From assembly GCA_951804945.1 (NCBI GenBank), contig OX638155.1:72850001-72914000 (forward strand): 64,000 bases of DNA. The letters are read 5' to 3'. A model generated the notes under the pieces. That model did not search any database. It saw only the letters and a program-made list of their open reading frames with translations, and was not told the origin of the DNA. Of this stretch, positions 13,592 through 27,400 are shown piece after piece. Each line of letters begins with the position of its first letter. The first letter of the stretch is position 1. The translations under genes and the position numbers were made by a program. This DNA is from Podarcis cretensis. Lineage: Eukaryota.

Positions 13592-13781
13592 CAGTCATAC
13601 CTCTTGTTACATTTGCTTCAGGTTAAATGTTTTCAGGTTGCGTCCCGTGGCGACCTGGAAGTACCAGAAAGGGTTACTTCCGGGTTTCGCCACTCGCGCA
13701 CGCGCAGACGCGGGTTGTGTTCTGCTCATGTTGCAAACGGTGCTCTGGAATGGATCCTGTTTGCAACCAGAGGTACCACTG
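13592..13781. mobile_element. Tc1/mariner (Tigger-like) MITE, subfamily B
   Basis: CAGTCATACCTC...GAGGTACCACTG-TA; similar to 19177-19428. Confidence 0.8.
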
Positions 13782-15783
13782 TATTGGTGAAAAGAATGCA
13801 AATGCTCAGGTTCCACACTGTCTTTCGCTAGCAGTCTTTGCTTAAAAACCTCCAGCAAAGGAGATCACAGAGTGAGTTGTTTTGTGCCTTTGCTCCCTAG
13901 CATATCCATTTCCATGGGGTTTGTACGCAATGGCTATGGCCACATCCTCACCATGCATTTCATAAGAACTGCTGCTGTTGCTGCTCAGGAGGACTCCCCT
14001 GCTGCGAGTGCCTGTGGGTCCCGTTCCTGCCTCTCTCCACCTGGCCTAGGGCGGAACCTGACTGGCCTCATAAGAACTGCTGCTGCCCAGCAAGGACTTG
14101 TGTATTTTGGGGGAAGTTTTGTCGGGAGTTTTTGCTATTATTGATATTAATTTTTTGTATCTTTATTTTTATGTGGAACTTATTCAGTTTGGTTATGAAG
14201 TTTTTGATGTGTCTTGTTTATTTTTATGACTACTTTGCTATGTTTATAACTATGTAAATCTTTTCGTATTGTAAGCCACCTTGAGCATTGTTTTAACTGT
14301 GGTGGTGGTGATGATGATGATGATAAAGCATGTTCACAGCTTCCCCCAAGGAATCCTGGGAATTTCACTCTATTAAAGGTACTGGGAACTGCAGCTCCGC
14401 GAAGGCTAAACTACAGTTTGGGGGACGCCAAGTGCTTTAAATGTTAGATGTGGATTTGACCTGTATTTCTGCAAGTTGATCAATAAAATTGACCTGCATA
14501 TAAACATAAAAAGATGTTGGCTCATTCTTCATGTGAAATTTCTCGCTCTGTTTTCTCTTTTTTTTTTTAAAAAAAGTGAAAAATCACAATGGGTGGAGTG
14601 CATTTAGAATGGCATAAGCATCAGTTATACACAGCTACCATTGTGATAAGCAGCATTTCCCAATACATACATATATATGTAACAAGGGTGTGAACCACCA
14701 TCTTGGGCAGAAGTGGGATATGGTCTTCCTTCCTTCTCTGGCTGCACAATGGCCAGTCCACTCCTTCCATAAGCAACCCTACAGCTGCCCCTCTCTGGTT
14801 CTGGCCCACAAGCTGTTCATTCTGAGTGACGTACAAGCAGCAGCAGGTATAAACATCCAAGGGCCAACTAGGAAAGTGAATGGATGGAAGCAAGATTCAC
14901 TGAGCCCTATACTGATCCCTTCCATGAACGTAGCATTGTATATTGAATGTGCACCAACTTTCTACTATTTATATCCTGTTGAAAGCCATCAGTCTCTGGA
15001 GACAATGGGGGTGAAGATATCCAGGATTCAGTAGTCCTCCCATCCTACCTTTTGAGGCTAAGAAGGAAGGGAATTCTCAGAAACGAATGATTCATGGATC
15101 AAAGGCTTGTGCTATCTCGTGTTGATGTGCACAAGAAGAAACAGGTGCAGATTTTAGGCTCTGCGTGGTGATCAAGGCGTACAAGGGTGCTAAGGAAAAC
15201 AAGAGTTCATTTCTTTAGTGGCCGACTTAGCACCGCGTTCAGAAAACAGTGAAATGGCCTAACCGAAAGAGCAGGGAACTAATCAGATCAAATGAGTGCT
15301 AAGTCTGCAGCGGAATGCTTCACAAAATTGGAGGAATGTGGCGCTAATGTGCTAGCTTGTGTTACAAGCAAAGCAATGGCCTGCTCAGACCGCAGAGGGT
15401 GTTGCAGCCTAGTGCAAATAATTCCTTTGCCACAAAGATGGGGAGAATTTATTAGCAGGCTGACTTATAATTGAAATCTTACCCTTTTTAGGGATTATTT
15501 CTCACTGAGCTGAAGGAGAAGCATTGTGCTAAAACAAAATATTTGTTTTTCTCGCTGTTTTGCTAAATGGACATTGAAATGAAGGTTCAGGGAGAAAGGT
15601 TTCAGACAGATGTCTCTTAAAGCACCAGTGTAAAATACACAGACACACACAGGTCATGGTGGAAACCATGAAATGCTCCCACACACACACCATAGGTTTG
15701 TAAGCTTACTTTAAGCATTTATGTTTGCCAGATCCTTCAGAGTTGCTACTTAAATACCCCTAGCAGCATGCTATTAATTCATT

Positions 15784-16088
15784 GCGGACACGGAGCAATG
15801 GTTCCAAACTACAAGAAAAAAGATTCCACCTAAACATTAGGAAGAACTTCCTGACAGTAAGAGCTGTTCGTCAAACTGCAAGTAGATAGAATGGTACTGC
15901 TCCGGTGGGAAGGTAAACGGCATTTCTGTGCACTGCTCTGGTTCGCCAGAAGCGGCTTAGTCATGCTGGCCACATGACCCGGAAGCTGTACGCCGGCTCC
16001 CTTGGCCAATAAAGCGAGATGAACTCCGCAACCCCAGAGTCGGTCACAACTGGACCTAATGGTCAGGGGTCCCTTTACCTTTACTTTA
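15784..16088 (+). mobile_element. CR1 fragment (15784-15870) joined to the 3' part of a Sauria SINE (~15871-16088)
   Basis: First part is the reverse complement of CR1 8748-8835; second part ends in ccctttacctttac. Confidence 0.85.
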
Positions 16089-17417
16089 TCCCAGGTCCTA
16101 ATACAAAACTTTAACCACTACACTACCCTGACTCTCGTAGAACAGTGGTTTCCCAAAGTGTGCTAGTTCCAGGTTGTGGAACTCCATCTTATGAAGTTTA
16201 TTTATTTAAAGGAGGGTTTGTTGCACTAGGGCAACAGAGTGCTTTAATCCACTTTAATTTCACAGTATTTCTGGCATGCCTTTGAATCCCTGTTGCAAAA
16301 ATACATCTAGAGGTGACCTCTATGCACTTTGAAAAGCATGTTCTTAGGGGCCTGCTATTCAAAGGGCAGGAGGGGAAGGCAAAAATCTTCTCCACTAAAA
16401 CAAAAATCACACTTGGGCATGCTTAAAAGTTGATATTTGGATTGTGGCCAATATGTCTGCTTTCCACCTTAGGAGGCTAAGTGCCATCTTTTCGGTTATG
16501 CTCTGTGAGAAATAACTTGGAATGGCAATATCCTATCAGTCCTTCTTAAGTAGTAATAGTACACTGGGGAAACTAGAGTTGGAAAAAGTACTTTGAAAGT
16601 GCTTTAATTTGCAAATTCCCCGTGGCCTGTAGCGCATGAACCCTTGGCACAAATGTGTTCTTTTTCAAGTACAGTTTACAGTAGAGGACAAGAAATTGCA
16701 TCACACTTTTCTCATCTCTTCTCAGATTTCCTTAGGATCGCTGATTGCAACACTCCAGGCTATTGTGTTGCTCTGGGTGGCTGAGTGAAAATGATCATTT
16801 ACAGAAACGAAAGCTATTCCAGAGTTAAACCATGAACTGGTTTACTTTTAATCACAAACCCTGAGGTACCAGTGGGCTCCAGCTGAGGGATAGGACCACT
16901 GGGTTCAGGCTTTTTATTCTCAGCTACATAAAAAAGAGTAGACTAAGAGGTTTGTTTTTTTAAAAAAAATATAAAAAAGGGCTGTATAATCCTGGGTGTT
17001 TGGTCAGCACTGATGATTGGACACACACAGATAAACATCATCTGAGGGCACCATGTTGGTGATTACTGCCTTATGTTAGTAGATCTCCACTAATGCAAGG
17101 CCCCTTGTGCTAGCAGACAGACAAGTGTTGGATGGAACTCATAGTTTAAACAGATAATAGGGGTAGATAAACAACCCTGTCAAGAGCATTCTACAGCAAG
17201 GGGGTCACCACCGAGAAGAAGGTAGTATATTCAGAGAAGGTCCTCAAAGCATTCTATATGGAAATGCAGGCAACTCCCCATTTACATGGGGGTTGAGTCC
17301 CAAGGCAAGTTCCAAGTGAAACCGCGTACATTTGAAACACTATTGGAAAAAATCTGCAAACACCTTCTAAACCTCTGGAAAGCCTTGGAAAACTCTTTAA
17401 AAATACCAGCAGCACTG

Positions 17418-17755
17418 TGTTATGTACTGAGTTGAATAGGATCCAAAAGGCAGCAGTCTGATCGGTCCTAGAACAATAGGATTCAGAATGCAGCAGTCTG
17501 ATTGGTCCTAGAACAACAGGGTCCAGAATAAAGCAGTCTGATTGGTCCACAGGAGCCACCCAATCCAGCTCCAGGTGGAAGTGAATCCGCAACCAGATTG
17601 GCCTACAGGTGAATCCCAGAATTAGCCAATCACGTGGGGGCCATTGTGTGAATAATGTATATATAGCAGACATTCTGGGGGAACTTCCATTCCTCCTCAC
17701 CACTATGAGCTGAATAAAGAGCATGAAATCCACTCTCGACTTCAAGTATATTTCA
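17418..17755 (+). mobile_element. Solo LTR (Gypsy/ERV-like)
   Basis: TG...CA ends, tandem ~36-bp units with ATTGG (CCAAT) boxes, TATATATA, AATAAA; near-TSD actg/actt. Confidence 0.8.
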
Positions 17756-18295
17756 ACTTACCAGACATCAAACTCCGCCACAATCGCTCCTTTCAAACTC
17801 CCAATTATCCACAGGCCTCAATGGTCAGTGCAAGGGCTCCTGGGATTGTATTTGCAAAGGTTCATGGGATTTCTGTTTTCATGACTCCCCCCCCCCCCCC
17901 TTATATTTTTAAAGTCACTTCCTGGTTCAGCATGATGTGTGTGTGTCTGGCTGCGCGTCAGTTGGATGTGTGTACATTGGGTGTTGCCCGTACTGGGGGC
18001 ACTGTGCTGTTCTTAGAGCTTTCTCAGAGATTTCCCAGTCATTTTGCTACCTGAGCCCTTTTCACACTTCCCCCCACAAAACGCTCTGCATACTGAACAA
18101 GGTGGAGACAAAATAAGAGACAATATGGCAAAGGTGGGCTTCCAGATGTTGGTGGACTTCCAGATGTTGGTGGACTTCCATCTCCCATCATTTTTAGCCA
18201 GCACAGCTAATGATCTGGTTTCAGCAGAATGTGGAGAGCCACAGGTGCAGCACTATGAAACACATATGCAACCTTGAGGCTAAAGCTGATGATGG

Positions 18296-18301
18296 TTTAT
18301 T
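18296..18301 (-). terminator. Candidate polyadenylation signal AATAAA overlapping the stop codon
   Basis: AAA TAA A on the minus strand; GU-rich 'ttgcatatgtgtttc' about 25-40 nt downstream. Confidence 0.4.
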
Positions 18302-18491
18302 TTAGTATCTTGTGGTAAGGAAGAACGTTAAGTGTTGAGGTGAAGGCCCGTATGTCCATAACAGAAGGGAGATTCAGCAGAGGGGAGGAGGGGAGGAATG
18401 TTAGTTCAGCTGTTTTGCCAAAGAAATTCCCCTGAACGCTGTAGGTGCGTGCGAAATCCGTGTTCCCTTCCTGTTTGCCATAGCCAACCAC
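18297..18491 (-). CDS. NRDC: NRDC-like terminal exon 31 (VVGYGK...[19 protein letters not shown])
   Basis: 195 nt to TAA; matches the nardilysin C-terminus. Confidence 0.96.
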   Translation of the reverse strand: MVGYGKQEGNTDFARTYSVQGNFFGKTAELTFLPSSPLLNLPSVMDIRAFTSTLNVLPYHKILK

Positions 18492-21400
18492 CTGTGAATT
18501 CAAAGGCCAAGCAGTTACCAAAGCAGCAAACACCTGGGGTCTAAAAGTTCAGAGTCTGGTCTCCTGCAAGCACAATCCCGACATCATGTTAATTATGTCA
18601 TTTCTGACAGGTTTCCTATCAACCGATGATATGTGAACTAACTGTAGGCACACTTTTGCATATGACAAACTTGGCACAAACATCTGGGTTACTGCAAAAT
18701 GGTTTCCTGCTGTACAAATTCAGTAAGCAGACAGCAAGCTTGCAGGGGAGATGGTGGCATAGGTTTGTTTTGGCAAGCAGCGTTGCACATTATCTTATAC
18801 AGTGGTACCTCAGGTTACATACGCTTCAGGTTCCAGACGCTTCAGGTTACAGACTCCGCTAACCCAGAAATAGTACCGCGGATTAAGAACTTTGCTTCAG
18901 GATGAGAACAGAAATTGTGCTCCGGCAGCACAGCAGCAGCAGGAGGCCCCATTAGCTAAAGTGGTGCTTCAGGTTAAGAACAGTTTCAGGTTAAGAACGG
19001 ACCTCCGGAACGAATTACTTAACCCGAGGTACCACTGTAAACAGTAAGTTGCTGCTTGGGTAATATTGGGTGCTTGAAGTCAATTTGGAGATGAATGTAT
19101 CGGATTTCACTTCAGATGGCAAGCAGCACAGTGCAAAATCCCTAAAACAAACTCCACCTGCAAACTTTATCTAGTACAGTCATACCTCGGGTTAAAGACG
19201 CTTCGGCTTAAATCTTTTCAGGTTGTGTCCCGTGGTGACCTGGAAGTACCGGAAAGGGTTACTTCCGGGTTCCACCGCTTGTGCATGTGCAGACGCTCAA
19301 AATGACATCACGCGCATGCGCAGAAGCAGCAAATCATGACCCACGCACGCGCAGATGCAGGTTGCATTCTGCTCATGTTGTGAACGGGGCTCCGGAATGG
19401 ATCCTGTTTGCAACCAGAGGTACCACTGTAATGTAGAACCCTAATAGTCAAAATTGTGCCCTCCAGGTGTGGCTCATCTACATGTCCAGTTGTCCCTCTA
19501 CGCTGGCCACACTGGCTGGAGCTAATCATAGAACTGTAGAGTTGGAAGGGACCCTGAGAATCATCTAGTCCAACCCTCTGCAACACAGGAATATGCAGCT
19601 GTCCCATACAGGGATTGAACCTGCAACCTTGGCATTATCAGCTCTACCAACTGAGCTATCTCAGTGCTTTTTAATGGGAGGTGAAGTCTGGCAACATCTA
19701 GAGGGAACCACTTGGCAAACCTTGAAATAGCATGTTAAATGTAGGAACTTTAATATTTGAGATTGACTTCTAATACACTGCAGACCTTATTGAGAGAAAA
19801 ATGATTCTCATCACTTTTGTTTGGATTTAAGCCAATTAAACCCCCATGAAACAAACAAACAGCTGAGAAGATAACAAACCTGTAAAAGTAAGGAGCATTT
19901 CCTTAATGAGTTCAGATGACTGTGGTTTTTAAGAAAGCCAAAGGTCATGAGATGGAAGAAACATTGATCAAATCTCAAAAATAACCAAATCAGTGTTGTA
20001 CAGCTCTGACTGCAAACATAAGGATTTTGAGTAGGTAGTATGGAATATTTGTTGATTTTTATTTGTGTGTGTGAGCGTGGTGTATGCGTCATAGCTCAGA
20101 GACAGGACACCTGCTTTCCATGCAGAAGAATCTTTGGCATCTCCAGGCAGGGCTGGGAGAGGCTCCTGTTTAAAATCCTAAAGGGCTGCTGCCAGCCAGT
20201 GTCGACAATGCTGAGCTAGATGGATCAAGGGTCTGACTTGGCATAAGGGATTTTCTTATGGTCCAGAGTGGTGAATTTTAGTGTGGTGTGTGTCTGTGTT
20301 AATGAGTTGCAATCTCTGTTCTTCTAAATATCCAAAGCAGAACCTACAGTACTAATCTCCCCATGCTTCCACAGGCAGGGAGACATGCGTCCTCCCCACA
20401 AGGGAAATGTGCAAGTTCTTCTTCTTCTGATATTACAAAACAGGAAGCATAAGTGTGAAATTGTGCAAGAGAACAGGAAGTACATCTCATAATGATGCTT
20501 CCAGGTCACCATACCAGAGGCTCAAAGCTACAAAGAGGGCAAGATTCCATAAGTCTAGAATTACAGGTTCTCCCGTCAAGCGGTTAGCAGATGTTTCATT
20601 CTTAGTGTAACAGAAGAATGTGTGAGAGAAGGATTGGCAGCAGGGGAGAGTGATGGAATGGTGGGTGGTGACTGAGTGACAGGCGGACCAAGACTTTGCC
20701 TAACAATGACAGTTAGAGAGCTAGATAGTTGGACAAAGTTGAAGGAAGAGTGGGAAGAAGATGGAGAGTTATCAGAGACAATGAAGACGCATGTAAAAAG
20801 ATGGGGAGTTAGGACAGGTGATAAAGAGGGATGTCAGGTATCTTATAACTGCTATTTGTTAGTTCTTTACCAAACAAGTTGCTCTTGCTGTTCTTTTCCA
20901 CAAATACACATTTTCAATTCATGAATGTGTCCTAGATCTGGAGGATTTTAGATTAGACAGGGGAAGCCGATGTGGTGCCCTCCATTTTCCGTCAGAGCCA
21001 GCCAGCTTGGCTGATGGTTAAGGATGATGGAAGTTGTAGTCTAGCAACATCTGCAAGGCACCTGTTGGCTATCCCTGGGTTAGGGCACCGTCCCCTGTGC
21101 TGGCTTTGAATGACACAGACAAGTAAATAAAAGGAGAGTCTTCCTACTGCTCTCTGTAAATCAGTAGCACACAATACGTTATTGAGGGAAGCCTGGACTC
21201 AAGGGCCAAGGTATAATAAGGGACTAGAATGCCACTGTTTCTATCCATCTATAGGCAAAAGCAAGAGAGGGACAATGGATGTTGCTCTTACCATTTTATA
21301 GTAAGCTACATTCCAGCCATGCAAAAGCCAGGGGTTTCTACAAGCACTCAAACACACAAATGACTCTCCAACTAGGTAAGCAGAAGGCCTTACCTAGGCC

Positions 21401-24400
21401 ACATTCTAGGTAGTCCAAAGCATTCAAGGAAGGCATGAAACAGGTTTGAGTGAGAAATGAGGCCTGTGGGGGGAGGAGTCCAAGGGCCAGACAGAGAGGC
21501 GTTCGACCCCCAGGACTTCAGTTCCCCATCCCTGATTATATATATGGCATCCATTGATACTCCCTCCCATAAGTTCCATATCTATCTGAGAGAGAGAGCA
21601 CACATACTCTGATTTCAGGTATACTCACATGGGTGCTCAGCACTCGTTTGTTCTTGCCCCTGAATCCTAGGAACCAGTCAAGCAAATGGGATTTTCTAAA
21701 GCTCTTCAGGGCTACAATCTATAAGCCATAAAGAAAGAGAGCTTCTTAGGACAGATACACACTCCTTTGTGTCCTCCATCCAGCAAGCAAGAGACATTAT
21801 CAGACACATACCAGACAGGCAAAAACTCTCAAGAAGGGTGCAAAGTAGGACTGTGGACAAGGAGGAGGCTTAGTTTGGTTGGGAAGGGCAAGACAGAGAG
21901 ACCCAGAGGACCACATTTTGGACCCTGGAACTGAGGCTCCCCACCCCTGATATAGTCCTAAAACAAAATGCAGATATTGCCCTAGGAGGAGTGTATGAGC
22001 ATTATAAATGAGCACCATTACATAAATTTCTCCATAGTTTCTTCTCCCTTTCCCCAAAGTAGAGATAAACCTTGAACCATCTTATACGGGATAGTTTATC
22101 TTGCAGTCCTATGCCCATTGACTTGGAAAGAATGCCAGTTGAAAGGCTTGATCTGGATGTATTAAGAAAAATATAAGGGATATGCTACACATCAGTTCGG
22201 CTGTTTACAGGGATTCTTATTTTGGAATCCGCCCAGTGCAACTGTTCCAACAGCCCCGTACACTCGTCACAATGTATAAACTCACATTAGCAAGCTTAGC
22301 AGAACAGTCACCCCAGCTTGGGGCAAGCTAGATGTTGATTCCTACAAGTGAGAGAAAATCTGACACCAATTTAAGAAATTTCCCCCTGTAACCACATTTT
22401 GGGATCTTGAAGATCTCAAGGCACAGCTGCCTCACACATGACAAACACTGAGAGAACATTCAAGTAGTAAACGAGCTGTTCATTTTCACTTGTGAAGAGC
22501 TGTGTGTTAATTTTTTTTGGCTTTGTTTTGCAAGAGCATAATTCAATTAGGAAGCCTAGATCTCAGGTCTCCCCTTTTGGCCTTGTCAGCACCATGTAGG
22601 CAATCACACACAGTCAGCCCAGTCCCACAAAGGCAATAAACCGCCCCCCTCCATTTTATGGACCAGGAGCAAAGCCACTTAACGATTACAACAAACAATT
22701 AACAAGAGACGAAGACGGGTAGCGTTTTACTATTTACTACCTCTCGGGCAAGTCTGTCAAACACGTACTGCTGAGTAAGCACTTCGTTCCAGTTCCTGTC
22801 CACCTCTTCCCCAAGATGGGCATCGTCAGTTTGCTTAAGCTTTATGAGAGCTGAGACCTGTAAAACATGTGGCTCCTGTAGGAATGTCTCTGCTTTTGAC
22901 AAAGTTCTGTTTCCAAAAAGCAAAACTTGCACATTGCCATGAATGTTTGTTTCTCGTTCCAAGGCGTGCACTCCTTTTTATGCTCTGATCCAATGAACAG
23001 GCAGGCAAAATATGTGGCTACATGCAGCAATGGATAGGCACAGAGAAACAGCAAAATTATGGTGTGGCAGCAATCTATTTGACCTTTATAGCTGAACTTA
23101 GGGCTTGTCCATTCTTCCGCTTGTCTCAGTGCTTTCCCCCAGGAAAACCTACACTTTAGCACTGAATTAGAGCAAACCAGGTGTGACGTTAACATATGAG
23201 AGTGCTGGAGGTGAAATAGTTAAACATGTTACCCAATCAGGACCCAGGGGATGGAGTCAGAGGGACTATAAAACAAGCTCTGGGAGGGGCAAAGGGAGGA
23301 GTTCGTTGGGAGGTTGGTTGGAGTGGGAGTGAATTGGGATAGAGTTTGTGGGTAGGTTGAGTTAGTGTAGTGAAATAAGCTGAGTCAGGAACAGTTAGGG
23401 GTAGGAAGACAAGTAAATATCTGAGAGGTGGTTTAGTGAGTGAGAGCAGGTAGTGGAAGTTATAGGTCTGGATAGGCACCCCATGAATGTAATTGACGGA
23501 TACCGTTTATGAAACCACACGCTTGTTGGACTGCAACAAATAAACAGAAGTTTATGTTCCAATTTAACCCTGGCTGGACTCAGTATTGTACCAGGTAGGG
23601 CCTGGGTGGTGGCAGCGAGAAATAAAGTGGTGGCCCAGGGATCAATAGATGGTGAAACATCCGGGGACCCTGTGTGATCGCCACACCAGGTATCCAGCAG
23701 ATTGATGTTTTGCGCCGATTCAGTGGTAAAGAGCAGGCTTTCCAAGGGAAAGTGGTGGGGAAATGGAAAACAGCTCGGACCCAGGAATAGAAAGCACAGG
23801 ATAAGCAGACAACCTCTTGGATCCATAATTCAAGGCAAGGGACAAGTGTAGTGTATATGATCCTTTGTTGGTTGCTGGCATCCATCTGTCTTGAGAGACA
23901 ATGGAGTATGCCTCCGAGGGTGAAGTCAAACTGCTATGTTAGCAGCACCGAAGTGACCCCCCTAGAGTGCAAGCCTGGGCAGTGTGTGTTTAGAGGTCCT
24001 GGGCTGCCCAGACGACAATCTCCCACCTTGGCCTCACTTATGTGGTCAAAGGAAATCAGAGCAATACGTTTGGCACCAGCTTGGCTGCAGGAGTTGCCGG
24101 AAGGAGGTGTACAAGGTGCCATTCAACGGTCTTAGGGACTCCACTCCAGATTTGCGTAGGGTTTACTCCTTTGCCTTATTTTCTCTTGAAGATGTCCCAC
24201 AAGAAGTCCAAGATAAATGCTCAGGTGCCTAAACCAGTCTGGATGCAATGCACAACGTAAAACAAGCCACAAGTCTTACCTGAGCAGAGAACTCATCTTC
24301 ACTTAATTTCCGGAGTTTTTCTTCAAAGTGCACAAAGAACTCTTCTATTTTTTTATCAACAAATTCAGTGCTAAAAGTTATCAAGGGCATCAAGAAGAAG

Positions 24401-27400
24401 TTTAGTTGTTATTGACCTAACCCCTTATGTGCCCACATGGCCTCTTAGATTTGCATAACTGGCACTTTTACACGTGCCACATGATATATGTACATTCTGC
24501 AGCAAATTGAGGGCATGGCAGGTGCCACTCTTGGGAACTCCCTTCCCATTGATAGCAGCAATTAACTGTCTTCACTGTATGTTTTCCATGCCCGCTAGTA
24601 ACATTTTCTTTTCCGTAAGTGCATAATTTTTGCATGCCATATTAACATGTAGTTTTTTAGTCGGTAACATTGTTTTTATATTAATGCCTTTTTAAAAAAT
24701 GTAACGTGTCTTTATTTAATTAAGTTATTTATATACCACACAATAACTGAAGTTTCTGTATGGTCCTTTGTTTTAGGAAGCGGTGCATGCATTTTGTTAG
24801 AGGAAATAAAATTTCACATAGGAATTCACAAAGATTGAATTCCACAGGAAGCATCCCAAAAAGGAAGCAAAGGGACCAACAAGAAACCAGAGTGTCCTGA
24901 AGCTTTTGGTATATCATGCACCTGCTAAGCCTGGGGAGACTGAATCTGACAGGCCTCAAATGAAAAATAATAGTAGCACTTATGTGGAATGTATTGCATT
25001 CAACAAAGGTAATCTTTTACAGCTGGTTAATTAAGCTAACAGTTTCTCTCAAGCAAACAATAGGGAACTCATTTGTTGCTTGAAGATTCATCTCAAATGC
25101 ACTGCCCGAATATAAACATTCTCAGGTTCTTTATATTACCAGCAATGAGCATATTTTCACAGGCAAGAGCTTCATAAAAAAAAAGAAAGCAACAGTGATG
25201 GCTGGTGATCTTGGTTCAGCTAATTGATTAATTATGACAACTACTCAATTGAGACTTTAAAATCTAAGAATCGTATTTACAGCACATAGAAGAAACAGGT
25301 GTTTTAAATTCTGGGGGTGACAGCTGTACACATTTGGAAACTGAAACTTGGTTTTTAACACGCTGCAATAAGACCAGGACAGGCAATCAAGCAGGGCGGT
25401 TGTGGAATCCAGGATTTCGTTTTTCTAGCTTTTTTGCTCGAAAAACACTGGGTCCTTTAGGTTAGATTCAGACTTTGCCTTTCAAGATCCTTCTATGCCA
25501 TGGAAGGCTGCTGTCACTGGAGGTAGGGGAGGCAACATTTGCTTATTAATTCAACACCATTAAGTCTGAGCTCTTCTACATTTGTTTCAAAGCAACATAT
25601 GAAATAAAGGATTTTATGAACTATATAGTCTTATAAAGTCTACCTTTATTAGCTCCCAATCCGGCTAAAGTCCGATGTGCTATTAAGGCAATTGGACTTA
25701 CGTTAACCACAATGGCTGCGTTGGACCAATAACACCTGAACTTAATAAGCCAAGACACATATGAGTCTGATGTCCCCTCATGCAGCCATTTCACTGTTCC
25801 CATCACTTATCTGAACAAACAAGCCAGGATGTTTTCATTCTATCAGTCTTGAAAAATGATTTGTGTGTCTGTTTGTTTTCTATAGGTTCGGCAACCTCTC
25901 GCGATATCGTCACCAAGCTTGTCACAAGGACTCCTGAAGTGGTGTTTGTTGTTGATGTTTGGGTGATCACCAGCAGCTTGAATCAAGATGGCGGACCCAA
26001 ATGTCACTTTGTTGTGACATTGTCCATTTCTTTGGCATAGGCACAGCCAGCCGAATCTTGAGATATCCTGGCCAAACTCATTGTTCCTTTAGTTTTTAGC
26101 GTGATTAATTGTACCTGCCTCCAGGCCACAGACAATTCATGTAGAAAAGCTTATACAAGGAAACACATAATGTAAACATAAGCAAATGCATCTTGCAAAA
26201 GACACTAAGATTCTCAAGCGCTTTGGAAGAGAGCAGTAGAAACATTATTAATGGGGAATTATGGGACATACAATGCACCTTGGCTGCAGTTTATACTCTA
26301 AACATGTCATATCTGTTTTGGAAAAGTGCAGGCCTATGCAGAGCCCTAGAATGTTCAGAGCCCTAGAATGGAAACAATAATATTAAATTTAACTGCTCTT
26401 GAAAAAATATTAATAGGCGACTTACTTATATTTGGTTGCCTGTGTTGTTACGGTAACAGAGAAACCCAGGATCCCAGATGTATTTCTTGTGGAAGGGTAG
26501 ACATGGTAGCTTAAATCAAAGGAAAAGAATAACATTCCACAAGCACAAGTCATTTTATTCTGATCATTAACAAGTACTAATTAGTATATGGGAGCTATCC
26601 ATCAAAACTGGTTCTCCCACATGCTCAATTAAAGTGCATGGAAGCAATACTTGGTAGATGGTTCAGATTGCATCATTAGAATTAGTGCTTTAAACCAGTG
26701 ATTTTCATTACTGCCTTTCAATGTGCCAGCTGCCTAAATGGAAGGCACATTTCAAGATTTGTTCTAACTATGTGAGTTGTACTTTTTCCGGGCTGATTCT
26801 GTATGCCTTACCGTAACAGTTGTGACATTTGTGACTACAGCATGGCACCATGTATTAAACTGTTTTGGGGATCTTGTGTTTGCATTGTGTCTGCACCAAA
26901 ACTGAAATTACTGAACAGCTGGAGAGGCAGGACTTGAAAGGTTTTGGTCCCTGGTTCTTGGTAATGGGATCATGAGAAATTTCGCATGCAGACAAACTCT
27001 AGAATGGGCTGGAGTTGGCCCCTGAAGCATCTTTATTTAACTTCCTCCTGCCACTACTATTTCTTTAATACCAGATTTGAATTAGATGTAATAAAGGGTT
27101 AGCTCTCAGAGTCATCCATTGGAAGATGATATCCAGCATTACTCATATTTAGAGTAACTTTATTCCCTAAATTTCAGTGGGTTTACTCTGATAATGACTA
27201 GGACATTACTCACAGAGCTTTTGGATGCAATATCATCCACGTCTTCTTGTACTGTTGCCTAATGTGCATTTTGGAAAGGGCCACTGGTGATTTTCTTATT
27301 TGGGGCTTCTTTTTTGCAAGCTCGTTTACACTTCATTAGTGACTTTACAAGCACACATGGTGTATATCTGTAAAACTTATTGCTGGAATAATAGAATGGT

